This document shows, piece after piece, positions 25,204 to 36,218 of a stretch of DNA of 64,000 bases. The notes under the pieces are model-generated. The model ran no database searches. It had not been told where the DNA came from and saw nothing but the letters and a program-made list of their open reading frames with translations. The position numbers and the translations under genes are program-made. The first letter of the stretch is position 1, and every line of letters starts with the position of its first letter. The stretch spans positions 49,829 to 113,828 of the forward strand of contig CAVVKR010000016.1 in the NCBI GenBank assembly GCA_963748745.1. The letters are read 5' to 3'. Source of the DNA: an uncultured Bacillaceae bacterium (lineage in GTDB: Bacteria; Bacillota; Bacilli; Bacillales; Bacillaceae_C).

Positions 25204-27175
25204 ATGCCATCTTATTTTGAAAGAGGTTAGATAGTACTCCGCTATATGGGTAATCGTTGCCGTGATTGTCTTTTTAGGCATTATCTGTCTTATTATAATT
25301 GGGGTATTGCTCTAATCGGCTAATATTATTCGGCGCTTTATTTTATATATTTTTATTTGGAAAAACAAATCATCAAGAGATGGAAGAGTATATATCAACA
25401 TTATCTTACCGGTGTAAAAAAGGTTGGAGAAGAAGCATTATTGGAAATGCCGATCGGAATCATGCTCATTAATGATGATTATTATATTGAGTGGACGAAT
25501 CCATTCTTGGCCTCTATGTTTTAATGAAGATACACTTGTTGGACGATCCCTATATGAAGTGGCTGAATCATTGTTCCACTCGATTAAACATGAAATTGAA
25601 ACAGAAATCATTCGCATTAGATGAGAGGAAATTTAAAGTGATACAATAAACATGAAGAACGATTACTTTATTTTTTCGATGTGACTGAACAATTGGAAAT
25701 TGAAAAAATATATAAAATGAACGAACAGTAATTGGAATCATATATCTAGATAATTATGATGACTTGACGCATGGAATGGATGATCAAACGAAGAGTAGCT
25801 TAAATAGCCTGGTTACTTCGTATGCTTAGATAAATGGGCAAAGGAACATGGAATTTATTTAAAAAGAATATCTTCTGATCGTTTATTGCCGTATTTAATG
25901 AACAAATTCTCCAACAGCTGGAAAAGGATAAGTTTTCTATTTTAGATGAAGTTCGGGAAACAACCGCTAAGCAAAATGTACCGTTACATTAAGCATCGGA
26001 GTGGAATCTGATATCTCTCATCTGCCTGAACTAGGAACACATGCGCAATCAAGCTTAGATTTAGCCTTGGTCGTGGCGGGGATCAGGTTGCGATTAAGCA
26101 GCAAATGGAAAAGTGGATTTTATGGTGGAAAAACAAATCCATGGAAAAACGAACAAGGGTGAGAGCACGCGTTATTTCCCATGCTTAAGGGAATATGTCC
26201 TTGAAAGCGATCAAGTATTGTCATGGGACATAAATATCCGGATATGGATGCAATCGGTTCTGCCATCGGGATTTTAAAAATGGCGCAAATGAATGGAACG
26301 AGAAGGATATATCGTAATTAACTTCGAATGAACTAGATAGTAGTGTGAAACGTTTGATAGAAGAAATGAAACAAGAAACAGATTTATATTCGCAAATTAT
26401 TACACCTGAAGAAGCGTTAGAGATGGTAACTGAAGATACGTTACTTGTCGTCGTTGATACACATAAGCCTATCGATGGTAATTGAAGAAAAGTTATTAAA
26501 TAGAATTGAAAAGGTGGTAGTTATTGATCACCATCGTCGTGGTGAAGAGTTTATAAAAAATCCTGTACTCGTTTATATGGAGCCATATGCATCATCGACA
26601 TGCCGAGTTAGTAACTGAAATGCTGGAATATCAGCCAAAAGGATGTAAAATTGATATGCTTGAAGCAACGGCATTACTCGCAGGTATCATCGTCGATACA
26701 AAAAGCTTTACATTGCGAACAGGTTCAAGAACATTTGATGCTGCTTCTTATTTAAGAGCCCAAGGAGCAGATACGGTCCTCGTACAGAAGTTTTTGAAGG
26801 AAGATATTGAAACATATATTCGATCGTGCAAAATTGATTAAGAAGTGTCGATTTTTATCAAGAAGGGATTGCCATTGCAACCGCAAAAGATGATACAATT
26901 CATGATCAGGTGCAAATTGCCCAAACAGCCGATACATTATTAGCAATGAATCGAATTAGCGCATCCTTCGTTGTTTCTAAACGGGATGAAATACAGTTGG
27001 AATAAGTGCGCGTTCCTTAGGTGATATCAACGTGCAGGTGATTATGGAAAATTGAGTGGTGGCGGTCATTTAACAAATGCCGCCACTCAATTAAAGGATA
27101 GCACCATTGAAGAAGCGGAAGACAATTGTCATAAAAGCAATTGATGAATATTTAGAAGGGGGACGAAAGGAATGA
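25204..27175 (+). pseudogene. gdpP: Cyclic-di-AMP phosphodiesterase GdpP (YybT), heavily frameshifted
   Basis: Fragments in all three forward frames read as GdpP: MPIGIMLINDDYYIEWTNPF, GHKYPDMDAIGSAIGILKMAQ (DHH), VVIDHHRRGEEFI, and GGGH near the end. Across 2 kb only two ORFs of 60 aa or more survive. The stop overlaps the rplI start. Confidence 0.85.
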
Positions 27176-27621
27176 AAGTTATTTTTCTAAAAGATGTAAA
27201 AGGAAAAGGAAAAAAAGGCGAAGTCAAAAATGTTGCTGATGGATATGCACATAATTTTTTAATTAAAAAAGGTTTAGCTGTAGAAGCGACACCAGGCAAT
27301 GTAAAAGGCATTGGAAGCAAAAAAGAATAAAGAAGAGATTAGCTACAGAGGAACTACAAGAAGCAAAAGATTAAAAGCAAAACTGGAAGAAATTAACAGT
27401 TGAATTAAAGGCAAAATCAGGTGAAGGCGGACGTTTATTCGGCTCCATCACAACGAAACAAATCGCTGAAGAACTTCAAAAAAAGACATCGTATTAAAAT
27501 TGATAAACGTAAAATGGAGCTGGATGAACCTATTCGGTCGTTCGGGTATACGAAAGTGCCTGTGAAGCTTCATCCAGAAGTAACAGCAACATTAACCGTT
27601 CACGTTTCAGAAGAAAAATAA
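27172..27621 (+). pseudogene. rplI: 50S ribosomal protein L9, frameshifted at least four times
   Basis: [30 protein letters not shown] is in frame. The linker helix is then broken, and frame-hopping recovers KRLATEELQEAKD / [27 protein letters not shown] / [38 protein letters not shown]. Confidence 0.9.
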
Positions 27622-27761
27622 ATTGCCAAAAAAATAACTTGGATTTCATGTTAATATAGTAGAAAGAGAAAAAAATGTGATCAGGTGCAGCTGTCACATT
27701 TTTTCTATGACGAAATACATGTAGTAGCGAATTTTTTTTCTTTTACGATGGGGGTGACAAA

Positions 27762-29127
27762 ATGAGTGAATTATTAGCTGATCGAATACCACCACAAAAT
27801 ATTGAAGCAGAGCAAGCTGTGATTGGAGCTATTTTTTTAGAACCATCTTCCTTGATTTTGGCTTCAGAAATTCTTATTCCAGAAGATTTTTACAGAAGCG
27901 CACATCAAAAGATTTTTCAGGTGATGTTGACATTAAGTGACGAAGGAAAAGCCATCGATGTGATTACGGTAACGGAAGAACTATCAGCTAGTAATCAATT
28001 GGAGGAAGTGGGCGGTGTAACATATTTAAGTGAACTGGCTGTGTCCGTACCGACAGCGGCTAACATCGAATATTATGCGTCAATAGTAGAAGAAAAATCA
28101 TTGTTACGCAGGCTCATTCGAACGGCAACAAATATTGCCCAAGAAGGCTATACGCGTGAAGATGAAGTGGAAGAACTATTAGATGAGGCTGAGAAGAAGT
28201 ATTATGGAAGTAGCAAACCGTAAAAACGCGGGAGCCTTCCAAGATATTAAAGATGTACTGGTTCGCACATATGACAATATTGAACTTCTTCATAACCGCA
28301 AAGGAGAGGTAACTGGTATTCCAAGCGGTTTTTATGAGCTTGATCAAATGACAGCAGGCTTCCAGCGTAATGACCTAATCATTGTTGCTGCTCGGCCTTC
28401 CGTAGGGAAAACCGCCTTCGCTTTAAATATTGCGCAAAATGTAGCAACGAAAACAGATGAAAATGTTGCTATTTTTAGTCTTAGAAATGGGTGCTGAACA
28501 ACTTGTGATGCGAATGCTTTGTGCAGAAGGAAATATTGACGCCCAAAATTTACGGACAGGTTCCTTAACAGATGAGGATTGGCGCAAACTGACAATGGCA
28601 ATGGGGAGTTTATCAAATGCGGGTATTTTATCGATGATACACCTGGAATCAGAATTAGTGAAATCCGTTCCAAATGCCGACGTTTGAAGCAAGAACACGG
28701 TCTAGGCATGGTTCTCATTGATTATTTACAGTTGATTCAAGGTAGCGGTAAAACACAGGAAAATCGCCAGCAAGAAGTATCGGAAATTTCTCGTTCTCTT
28801 AAAGGATTGGCACGTGAATTAGAAGTACCAGTGATTGCCTTATCACAGCTTTCACGCGGTGTTGAACAAAGACAAGATAAGCGTCCAATGATGTCTGATA
28901 TTCGAGAGTCTGGAAGTATTGAGCAAGATGCGGACATCGTCGCCTTTCTCTATCGAGATGACTATTATGAACAAGATACTGAGAACAAAAACATTATTGA
29001 AATTATTATTGCAAAACAGCGTAATGGTCCAGTTGGAACTGTTCAACTTGCTTTTATAAAGGAATATAATAAATTTGTGAATCTAGAACGCCGCCTTGAT
29101 GATACATCAATACCACCGGGTGCATAG
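27762..29127 (+). pseudogene. dnaC: Replicative DNA helicase (DnaB family; DnaC in B. subtilis nomenclature), three frameshifts
   Basis: Four overlapping ORF pieces, with frame changes at about 28198, 28485 and 28620. Walker A ARPSVGKTAFALN and the LIDYLQLI and [10 protein letters not shown] motifs are present. The length is 3n+1. Confidence 0.92.
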
Positions 29128-29132
29128 TGAAA

Positions 29133-29160
29133 AGTCTAGCATGGAAGCTAGGCTTTTTTG
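29133..29160 (+). terminator. Terminator after dnaC
   Basis: agtctagc/gctaggct stem followed by TTTTTT. Confidence 0.7.
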
Positions 29161-29443
29161 TTTACGGTGGAAACAGATATGTAAAAATGGGTCATGAATA
29201 AAGCAACGTCTCATTTTATATCTTCATCTCGTTATAATAAAAGAGATGAAGTGCGCGTAAGCATAGCGGAATATATAAGTAGGGAAATTTCCATAATGAA
29301 TAGTAAAATTGTCTTACATAGAGAAAGCTAAGTTTTAAATGAAAAGAATTTTATCAATAGAAAAGGAGTCTATTTTGGAAATATATTGATAAAAGAAGAC
29401 TTGGCAAGAATAGAGAAGCTTTATCATCTATCAATGTATTAAT

Positions 29444-29488
29444 AATAACGAACAAAAAATATTATCTTATCCAAAAATGTTCGTGTTT
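29444..29488. promoter_or_regulatory. Putative PurR operator (inverted PurBox pair) upstream of purA
   Basis: AATAACGAACAAAA (29444-29457) and the inverted AAATGTTCGTGTTT (29475-29488). Both resemble the AWWWCCGAACWWT PurBox. They sit just upstream of TTGACC (29491-29496) and TGATAAAAT (29512-29520). Confidence 0.6.
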
Positions 29489-29571
29489 TGTTGACCTAGG
29501 CTGGAATGAACTGATAAAATAGGGTGTATTGAAATGAAAAAATTTAGCGTTCAAGTAGAGGAGGCTCTCAT

Positions 29572-30858
29572 ATGTCTTCAGTTGTTGTAGTAGGTACACA
29601 ATGGGGAGATGAAGGGAAAGGAAAAATAACAGATTTTTTATCGGAAAATGCTGAGGTGATTGCTCGTTACCAAGGAGGAAATAATGCAGGTCATACGATT
29701 CGTTTTAATGAGGTCACATATAAATTGCATCTCATTCCTTCTGGTATTTTTTACAAAGATAAAATTAGTGTAATAGGAAATGGAATGGTAGTCGATCCGA
29801 AAGCACTTGTTGAAGAGTTAAAGTATCTTCATGATCAATCTATTTCTACCGAAAACTTGCGTATTAGCAATCGTGCCCATGTTATTCTTCCTTATCATAT
29901 TAAGATTGATGAAGTAGAAGAGGAGCGGAAAGGTGCGAATAAAATTGGCACAACAAAAAAAGGCATTGGTCCAGCTTATATGGACAAAGCAGCACGGGTT
30001 GGAATTCGGATTGCTGACCTTTTAGATAAAGAAGTATTTACAGAAAAGCTTAAGCGCAATTTACAAGAAAAGAATCGTCTGCTTGAGCGTTTTTATGATA
30101 CAGAGGGTTTTAAGCTTAATGATATTTTAAATGATTATTATGAATATGGACAGCAGATTAAACAATATGTTTGCGATACATCTGTTGTGCTGAATGATGC
30201 GTTGGATGCTGGACGCCGGGTGTTATTTGAAGGTGCACAAGGTGTCATGCTTGATATTGACCAAGGTACATATCCATTTGTTACATCATCAAACCCTGTA
30301 GCGGGGGGAGTGACCATTGGTTCTGGTGTCGGTCCAACTAAAATTAATCAAGTTGTCGGCGTATGTAAAGCATATACTTCTCGAGTAGGTGACGGCCCAT
30401 TCCCAACGGAATTGCATGATGAAGTTGGCGATCAAATTCGGGAAGTAGGTCGAGAATATGGAACGACAACAGGTCGTCCACGTCGTGTCGGTTGGTTTGA
30501 CAGTGTCGTCGTCCGTCATGCCCGTCGAGTAAGTGGTATTACGGATCTTTCTTTAAACTCTGTCGATGTTTTAACAGGCCTGGAAACAGTAAAAATTTGT
30601 ACTGCTTATCGTTATAAGGGTCAAGTGATGGAAGAATTTCCTGCAAGTTTAACAATGCTTGCAGAATGTGAACCAATTTATGAAGAGCTTCCAGGCTGGA
30701 AAGAAGATATTACAGGTTGCAAAACATTAGATGAACTTCCTGAAAATGCTCGTCATTATGTTGAGCGAGTTTCGCAATTAACAGGTATTCCTTTATCCAT
30801 TTTTTCTGTAGGTCCAGATCGCACTCAAACAAATGTTGTAAGAAGTGTTTGGCGATAA
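29572..30858 (+). CDS. purA: Adenylosuccinate synthetase
   Basis: 428 aa with the [10 protein letters not shown]-loop, GGNNAGHT and [11 protein letters not shown]. Intact. Confidence 0.97.
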   Translation: MSSVVVVGTQWGDEGKGKITDFLSENAEVIARYQGGNNAGHTIRFNEVTYKLHLIPSGIFYKDKISVIGNGMVVDPKALVEELKYLHDQSISTENLRISNRAHVILPYHIKIDEVEEERKGANKIGTTKKGIGPAYMDKAARVGIRIADLLDKEVFTEKLKRNLQEKNRLLERFYDTEGFKLNDILNDYYEYGQQIKQYVCDTSVVLNDALDAGRRVLFEGAQGVMLDIDQGTYPFVTSSNPVAGGVTIGSGVGPTKINQVVGVCKAYTSRVGDGPFPTELHDEVGDQIREVGREYGTTTGRPRRVGWFDSVVVRHARRVSGITDLSLNSVDVLTGLETVKICTAYRYKGQVMEEFPASLTMLAECEPIYEELPGWKEDITGCKTLDELPENARHYVERVSQLTGIPLSIFSVGPDRTQTNVVRSVWR

Positions 30859-31105
30859 TATATCATTGGAAAAGGGATTGTCCTATACAGTCCCTTTTCC
30901 ACTTTTAAAGTATAGACAACCGAGACAGATTGCTAAGATTTTTTAAAAAAAGCGCGAAGAATACGCTTAACATATAGAAAAATGTCAAAAAGTATTGCTC
31001 TTTGGAGGTTAAGTATGTTAATATTAATCTCAGTTGTGAATATTATATGTTGTACATATATGATTGCATATTTTATATATAAAACTGGTTTTATCCATTT
31101 TTAAA

Positions 31106-31181
31106 GAGCCATTAGCTCAGTCGGTAGAGCATCTGACTTTTAATCAGAGGGTCGGAGGTTCGATTCCTCTATGGCTCACCA
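31106..31181 (+). tRNA. tRNA-Lys (anticodon UUU), CCA encoded
   Basis: GAGCCATTAGCTCAGTCGGTAGAGCATCTGACTTTTAATCAGAGGGTCGGAGGTTCGATTCCTCTATGGCTCACCA. It folds as a cloverleaf by eye, with anticodon loop CTTTTAA. Confidence 0.93.
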
Positions 31182-31205
31182 TACATAGATCATGAGTGAT
31201 GAAGT

Positions 31206-31277
31206 GGCCCGTTGGTCAAGCGGTTAAGACACCGCCCTTTCACGGCGGTAACACGGGTTCGAGTCCCGTACGGGTCA
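31206..31277 (+). tRNA. tRNA-Glu (anticodon UUC), CCA not encoded
   Basis: GGCCCGTTGGTCAAGCGGTTAAGACACCGCCCTTTCACGGCGGTAACACGGGTTCGAGTCCCGTACGGGTCA. The acceptor stem is GGCCCGT/ACGGGTC. Confidence 0.92.
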
Positions 31278-31404
31278 TTTTTCATTTAGCCAAATATAAC
31301 CGGCTTTTTCCAATGCTATAGTTAATGACTGGATACATTGGTTGATCCATCTGGAGAGCAAGTCGGTCAATTATTGAATCAGAGTAGAGTTCAACATTAT
31401 GTAT

Positions 31405-31480
31405 GGTCCCGTGGTGTAGCGGTTAACATGCCTGCCTGTCACGCAGGAGATCGCGGGTTCAATTCCCGTCGGGACCGCCA
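31405..31480 (+). tRNA. tRNA-Asp (anticodon GUC), CCA encoded
   Basis: GGTCCCGTGGTGTAGCGGTTAACATGCCTGCCTGTCACGCAGGAGATCGCGGGTTCAATTCCCGTCGGGACCGCCA. Confidence 0.92.
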
Positions 31481-31640
31481 TCCTTTCCATATGGAATAGT
31501 GAAAAGTACCGCAGTAACTGATTCAACATAGTATGAGTAATCCTAAAAAATACCCTCCATCGTATCTATTGAACTGTTTAGTAAGTTTTCGATAGAAGCA
31601 GAAGGAGAGTATCATTAATGTTACATTTACATATTTATAC

Positions 31641-31713
31641 GGCTCGGTAGCTCAGTCGGTAGAGCAAAGGACTGAAAATCCTTGTGTCGGCGGTTCGATT
31701 CCGCCCCGAGCCA
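31641..31713 (+). tRNA. tRNA-Phe (anticodon GAA), CCA not encoded
   Basis: GGCTCGGTAGCTCAGTCGGTAGAGCAAAGGACTGAAAATCCTTGTGTCGGCGGTTCGATTCCGCCCCGAGCCA. Confidence 0.92.
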
Positions 31714-31724
31714 TGGGCAAAAAG

Positions 31725-31760
31725 CATCGCAACGACTAGTCTCTTGCGGTGTTTTTTTAT
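31725..31760 (+). terminator. Terminator after the tRNA cluster
   Basis: catcgcaa/ttgcggtg stem (one G-U pair) followed by TTTTTTTATTTTTT. Confidence 0.65.
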
Positions 31761-32011
31761 TTTTTAACGCTATTAAGTTGACCTTAAATATATGAATCAT
31801 TTGTTTGTAACAATCTTGGTTATAAGCGCCAATTAATATGGGCAAAAAGCCGATTGTTATTAGTTTTATCCCCTTTTTGATGTATGCATGAAAAATGTCA
31901 TACAGTCTACATTTATATTACATATTGCTAATTGTCCAAATATGATCATGATGTATGTTATGGTATTAGATGTTTGCAAATAACGTAATGAATAAATTCA
32001 ATATGGAATGA

Positions 32012-33466
32012 ATGTTGGGGGATATGAAGATGTGTATGGGAAGATCTCTTATTCAAAAAATAAATATGAAAAGAGTATCTATAGCCATTTTACTTTTATT
32101 TCTTCTCGTATTTCAAGCAGAAGAAATCCAAGCAAAAGATGATCAATTGTCAACTGTTCATCATGTCTATATAGATGATCAATATATCGGTAAGGTGACA
32201 GATCGGTCACTCATTGAAGATACAGTAAAGGAAAAGTTGAAAAAAGCAGAAGAAAAATATAATGGCTTAGCATTGGAAACAGATAAGCAAATTTCATATA
32301 TTCCGGAACAAGTATTCCGCGCGAATGCAGCGAATAAAGATGTACTGGCAAAGGTGGAGGAAAATATCGGTATACAAACCAATGCTGCTACAATCGTTGT
32401 AGATGGGGACAAGACAGTATTTGTTAAAGACGAACAGGAAGCTAAAGAGGTACTTGAAAAGTTAAAGCTTTCATTTGCTTCCAAAAAAGAATTAGCTGCT
32501 GTTGAAAAACGTAAACACCAATCCACTGAAGAGCTTTCACCTCTAACGAAAAATAGCGAGCGGATTTTAGATATACAATTTAAAGAAGATATATCGATTG
32601 CTTCAAAAAAAATAAAGCCTGAAAAGGTGATGTCAGTTGCTGATGCAGTCGAATCTTTACAAAAAGGAACATTAGAAGGAAAAAAATATAAAGTCGTTAA
32701 AGGTGACTCAATTGAAGAGATAGCTAAAAAACATCATCTCACAGTAGCTACATTGCAAAACCTCAATCCACAATTGAAGAAGGATAAAGTATTAAAAAGC
32801 GGACAGAAATTACATGTCACTAAAAAAGATCCTCTCATTCATGTTATTGTGAAGAAAGAGAAATATAAAGAAAAAAAGATTCCATACAAAAAAGAAGTTG
32901 TTAAAAATAATGACATGTATAAAGGCGATACAAAAGTGAAGCAAAAAGGTAAAGAAGGGAAAAAGGCTTTTACTTATGTCATAACAAAAGAAAATGGTAT
33001 GCAGCAAACAAAAAATGTAACAAACGAAAAAGTAATAGCTGAGCCTGTCACCCACATCGTTGAAAAAGGGACGAAGCCAATGCCATCAAGGGGTAGTGGA
33101 AAGCTTACTTGGCCTGCAAACGGTGGTAAAATAACGAGTAAAATGGGTCAACGTTGGGGGCGAATGCATAAAGGAATTGATATCGCTGGTCCAAGCAGTT
33201 ACGAAATTAAAGCCGCAGACAATGGTGTTGTTACAAGTGCACGCTATAGTAATGGTTATGGGAATAAAGTCGTAATTGACCATAACAACGGATTTCGTAC
33301 GGTATATGCTCATTTAAAATCTATCAGTGTTGATCAAGGTCAAAAGGTAACAAAAGGATCACAAATAGGAATCATGGGATCTACCGGAAAGTCTACCGGA
33401 ACCCATCTTCATTTTGAAGTATATAAGAACGGAACTTTGCAAAATCCATTAGATTACTTACAATAG
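32012..33466 (+). CDS. Secreted LysM/G5-domain M23 family metallopeptidase
   Basis: Signal-like VSIAILLLFLLVFQAEEIQA. A LysM-like segment (YKVVKGDSIEEIAKKHHLTVATLQNLNP). A G5-like Lys-rich segment. A C-terminal M23 core (HKGIDIAG ... GSTGKSTGTHLHFEV). The true start is probably internal (ATG at 32030, 32036 or 32066). Confidence 0.88.
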   Translation: MLGDMKMCMGRSLIQKINMKRVSIAILLLFLLVFQAEEIQAKDDQLSTVHHVYIDDQYIGKVTDRSLIEDTVKEKLKKAEEKYNGLALETDKQISYIPEQVFRANAANKDVLAKVEENIGIQTNAATIVVDGDKTVFVKDEQEAKEVLEKLKLSFASKKELAAVEKRKHQSTEELSPLTKNSERILDIQFKEDISIASKKIKPEKVMSVADAVESLQKGTLEGKKYKVVKGDSIEEIAKKHHLTVATLQNLNPQLKKDKVLKSGQKLHVTKKDPLIHVIVKKEKYKEKKIPYKKEVVKNNDMYKGDTKVKQKGKEGKKAFTYVITKENGMQQTKNVTNEKVIAEPVTHIVEKGTKPMPSRGSGKLTWPANGGKITSKMGQRWGRMHKGIDIAGPSSYEIKAADNGVVTSARYSNGYGNKVVIDHNNGFRTVYAHLKSISVDQGQKVTKGSQIGIMGSTGKSTGTHLHFEVYKNGTLQNPLDYLQ

Positions 33467-33483
33467 AAATTGGAATCATTTTT

Positions 33484-33512
33484 ACCTCTAGACATTTTTC
33501 TAGAGGTTTTTC
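33484..33512 (+). terminator. Terminator after the M23 peptidase gene
   Basis: acctctaga/tctagaggt stem followed by a T-run. Confidence 0.75.
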
Positions 33513-33677
33513 TATTATTTTATACTAGGTATTTCGTTCCAATTACCGCTTTCTTTTTATTATTAATGAATTTAATGTTATAAAATGATAAATTAATATT
33601 GAGTAAATTAATATATGTAACAATGAAAAACAGGTTGTTTATTTATATAAACTTAAGTTAAAGGGAGATTCAAATTT

Positions 33678-34387
33678 ATGGTAAAAAAATTCTAGTAGTA
33701 GATGATGAAAAGCCAATTGCAGATATATTACAGTTTAACTTAGAAAAAGAAGGATATGAAGTACATTGTGCTTATGATGGGGACGAAGCATTAAAATTGG
33801 TAGAGGAAATTCAGCCAGATTTAATTTTGTTAGATATTATGTTGCCATAATCGAGATGGAATGGAAGTTTGTCGGGAAGTACGGAAAAAATATGAAATGC
33901 CAATCATTATGCTGACAGCGAAGGATTCAGAAATTGATAAAGTATTAGGCCTTGAGCTTGGTGCAGATGACTATGTGACAAAACCATTTAGTACCCGGGA
34001 ATTAATTGCCCGGGTAAAAGCAAATTTACGTCGTCACCAACAAATCGTTGACCAGCAAGAAGAAGAAGATGAATAATGAAATTGAAGTTGGTTCTCTTAG
34101 TGATTCATCCAAATGCCTATGTCGTATCAAAACGTGGGGAGACAATCGAATTAACCCATCGAGAATTTGAACTATTGCATTATTTGGCAAAACATATCGG
34201 ACAAGTAATGACGCGAGAACATTTACTACAAACCGTTTGGGGCTACGATTATTTCGGAGATGTGCGAACAGTTGATGTAACTGTTCGTCGACTTCGTGAA
34301 AAAATTGAAGATAACCCAAGCCATCCAACATGGATTGTAACGAGAAGAGGAGTCGGCTACTATTTACGTAATCCTGAACAGGAGTAA
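33678..34387 (+). pseudogene. walR: Essential cell-wall response regulator WalR (YycF), at least three frameshifts
   Basis: [18 protein letters not shown]... stops at 33848. It resumes as [58 protein letters not shown], then NNEIEVGSL, then [76 protein letters not shown] in other frames. Confidence 0.92.
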
Positions 34388-34394
34388 ACATGTA

Positions 34395-36218
34395 ATGAAA
34401 AAGGTAGGTTTTTTTCGCTCGATTCATGTAAAGTTTGTTATTATTTATGTACTTGCTTATTATTAGTTGCCATGCAAATTATTGGTGTTTATTTTATTCG
34501 AAAACTAGAGGATACATTCGTGGACGAACTTCCAAAGCTCATTGAAGGAACGTATAATTTACTTGAATATAACTTTGAGGGAAGAGATGATAAAGAACGT
34601 GCATGAGGATTCCACACTTGAAGAGGATATTCAAATGATTCTTCGTGATTTTGATCCGGCTGGATATTTCTGAAGTTCGGGTCATTGAATCGGAGTCCGT
34701 AAATTATTGGTTCATCAGATCCTAGATAATCAAGGGATCGTCGGCCAAAGGACGACAGAAATCATTGGTGAAACAGATCACTTGCTGTTAGAAGAGGATC
34801 AGATGAAATATTTGTTGATTAAAAACAGGGCATCGAATTTGGGTACTTTCTACTCCAATAAAGTCAGACGGGGAAGTAATTGGTGCTATTTATCTAGATG
34901 CGAAAATTGAAAATGTTTTTAACCAAATGAATGAAATTAATAGTATTTTTATTACTGGTACAGCTATTGCATTGTCCATTACAGCTGTACTAGGGGTTTT
35001 ACTAGCACAGACAATAACAAGGCCAATTGCGGATATGAAGAAACAGGCAATTGCGATGGCGAAGGGAACTTTTCAAGAAAAGTTAAGGTATATGGACATG
35101 ATGAAATTGGTCAACTAGCTTTTACTTTTAACAATTTAACGAAGAAACTCCAAGAAGCACAGGCGATGACAGAAGGAGAAAGGAGAAAGCTTATCATCTG
35201 TTCTTATCCTACATGACAGATGGTGTGATTGCAACAGATCGTAAGGGCAGAGTCATTCTTATCAATGAACCTGCTGCAGAAATGTTGAATGTTTCACGTG
35301 AAACAGTTTTAACTCAGCCAATTGTATCAGTTATTGAGCTTGAAGATGACATATACGTTTGAAGATTTGTTAGAAGAACAGGAATCTATTTTAGATTATA
35401 GTACGAAAAAAGACGTTATATTTTACGGGCAAATTTCTCGGTTATTCAAAAGGAAACAGGATTTGTTAATGGTTTAATTGCTGTTTTACATGATATTACA
35501 GAACAAGAGAAAATTGATGTGGAACGTAGAGAATTTGTTGCAAATGTTTCTCATGAATTAAGAACACCATTAACGACGATGAGAAGCTATTTAGAAGCAT
35601 TAGCGGAAGGAGCATGGAAGGATAAAGAAATTGCACCTCGTTTTTTAGAGTGTGACACAGAATGAAACAGAACGAATGATTCGACTTGTAAATGATCTTC
35701 TACAGTTATCAAAAATGGATAGTCGAGATTATGAGTTAATAGAATTGGGTGGATTTCGTTCAATTTTTCAATCGAATTATCGATCGTTTTGAAATGGCGA
35801 AAGACACAGAATATTCGTTTTAAGCGTGCTCTTACCAGAACCACGTATTTGTCGAAATCGATGAAGATAAAATAACTCAAGTATTTGATAATATTATTTC
35901 CAATGCATTGAAATATTCTCCAGAAGGCGGGCAAGTTACATTTCAGGTTAAAGAGATTAGAAGATGAAATTGAAGTAAGTATAGCGATCAAGGAATCGGA
36001 ATTCCGAAAGAAAATTTAGAGAAAGTATTTGAACGATTTTATCGAGTCGATCGAGCACGGACACGAGAAAATTAGGCGGTACAGGACTAGGCTTGCGATT
36101 GCTAAAGAAATGATGCAGCTCATGGGGGAGAATATGGGCAAAAAGTAAGGAAGGAAAAGGAACGACAATTTCTTTTACACTTCCCTATGATAGTCCGCAA
36201 GAGGATGATTGGTCATGA
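34395..36218 (+). pseudogene. walK: Sensor histidine kinase WalK (YycG), heavily frameshifted
   Basis: MKKVGFFRSIHVKFVIIYV start. Fragments of HAMP ([18 protein letters not shown]), PAS (DGVIATDRKGRVILINEPAAEML), the H-box ([18 protein letters not shown]) and the ATPase G-boxes are scattered over three frames. The end, GKGTTISFTLPYD...DDWS*, overlaps the yycH start. Confidence 0.9.
35290..35305. promoter_or_regulatory. parS: parS site inside walK
   Basis: Third perfect copy of TGTTTCACGTGAAACA. Confidence 0.85.

Noticed and set aside
28344-28718. Minus-strand ORFs of 124 aa and 91 aa within the helicase region.
   Set aside because: They are antisense to the conserved DnaB-family helicase sequence, with no RBS or recognisable motifs.
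31627-31845. 72-aa minus-strand ORF.
   Set aside because: It overlaps tRNA-Phe and its terminator, and is an artefact of ORF calling.
34026-35991. Minus-strand ORFs of 133 aa (34026-34427) and 134 aa (35587-35991).
   Set aside because: They are antisense to walR and walK, whose fragments are unmistakable on the plus strand. They appear long only because the real genes are broken and AT-rich.
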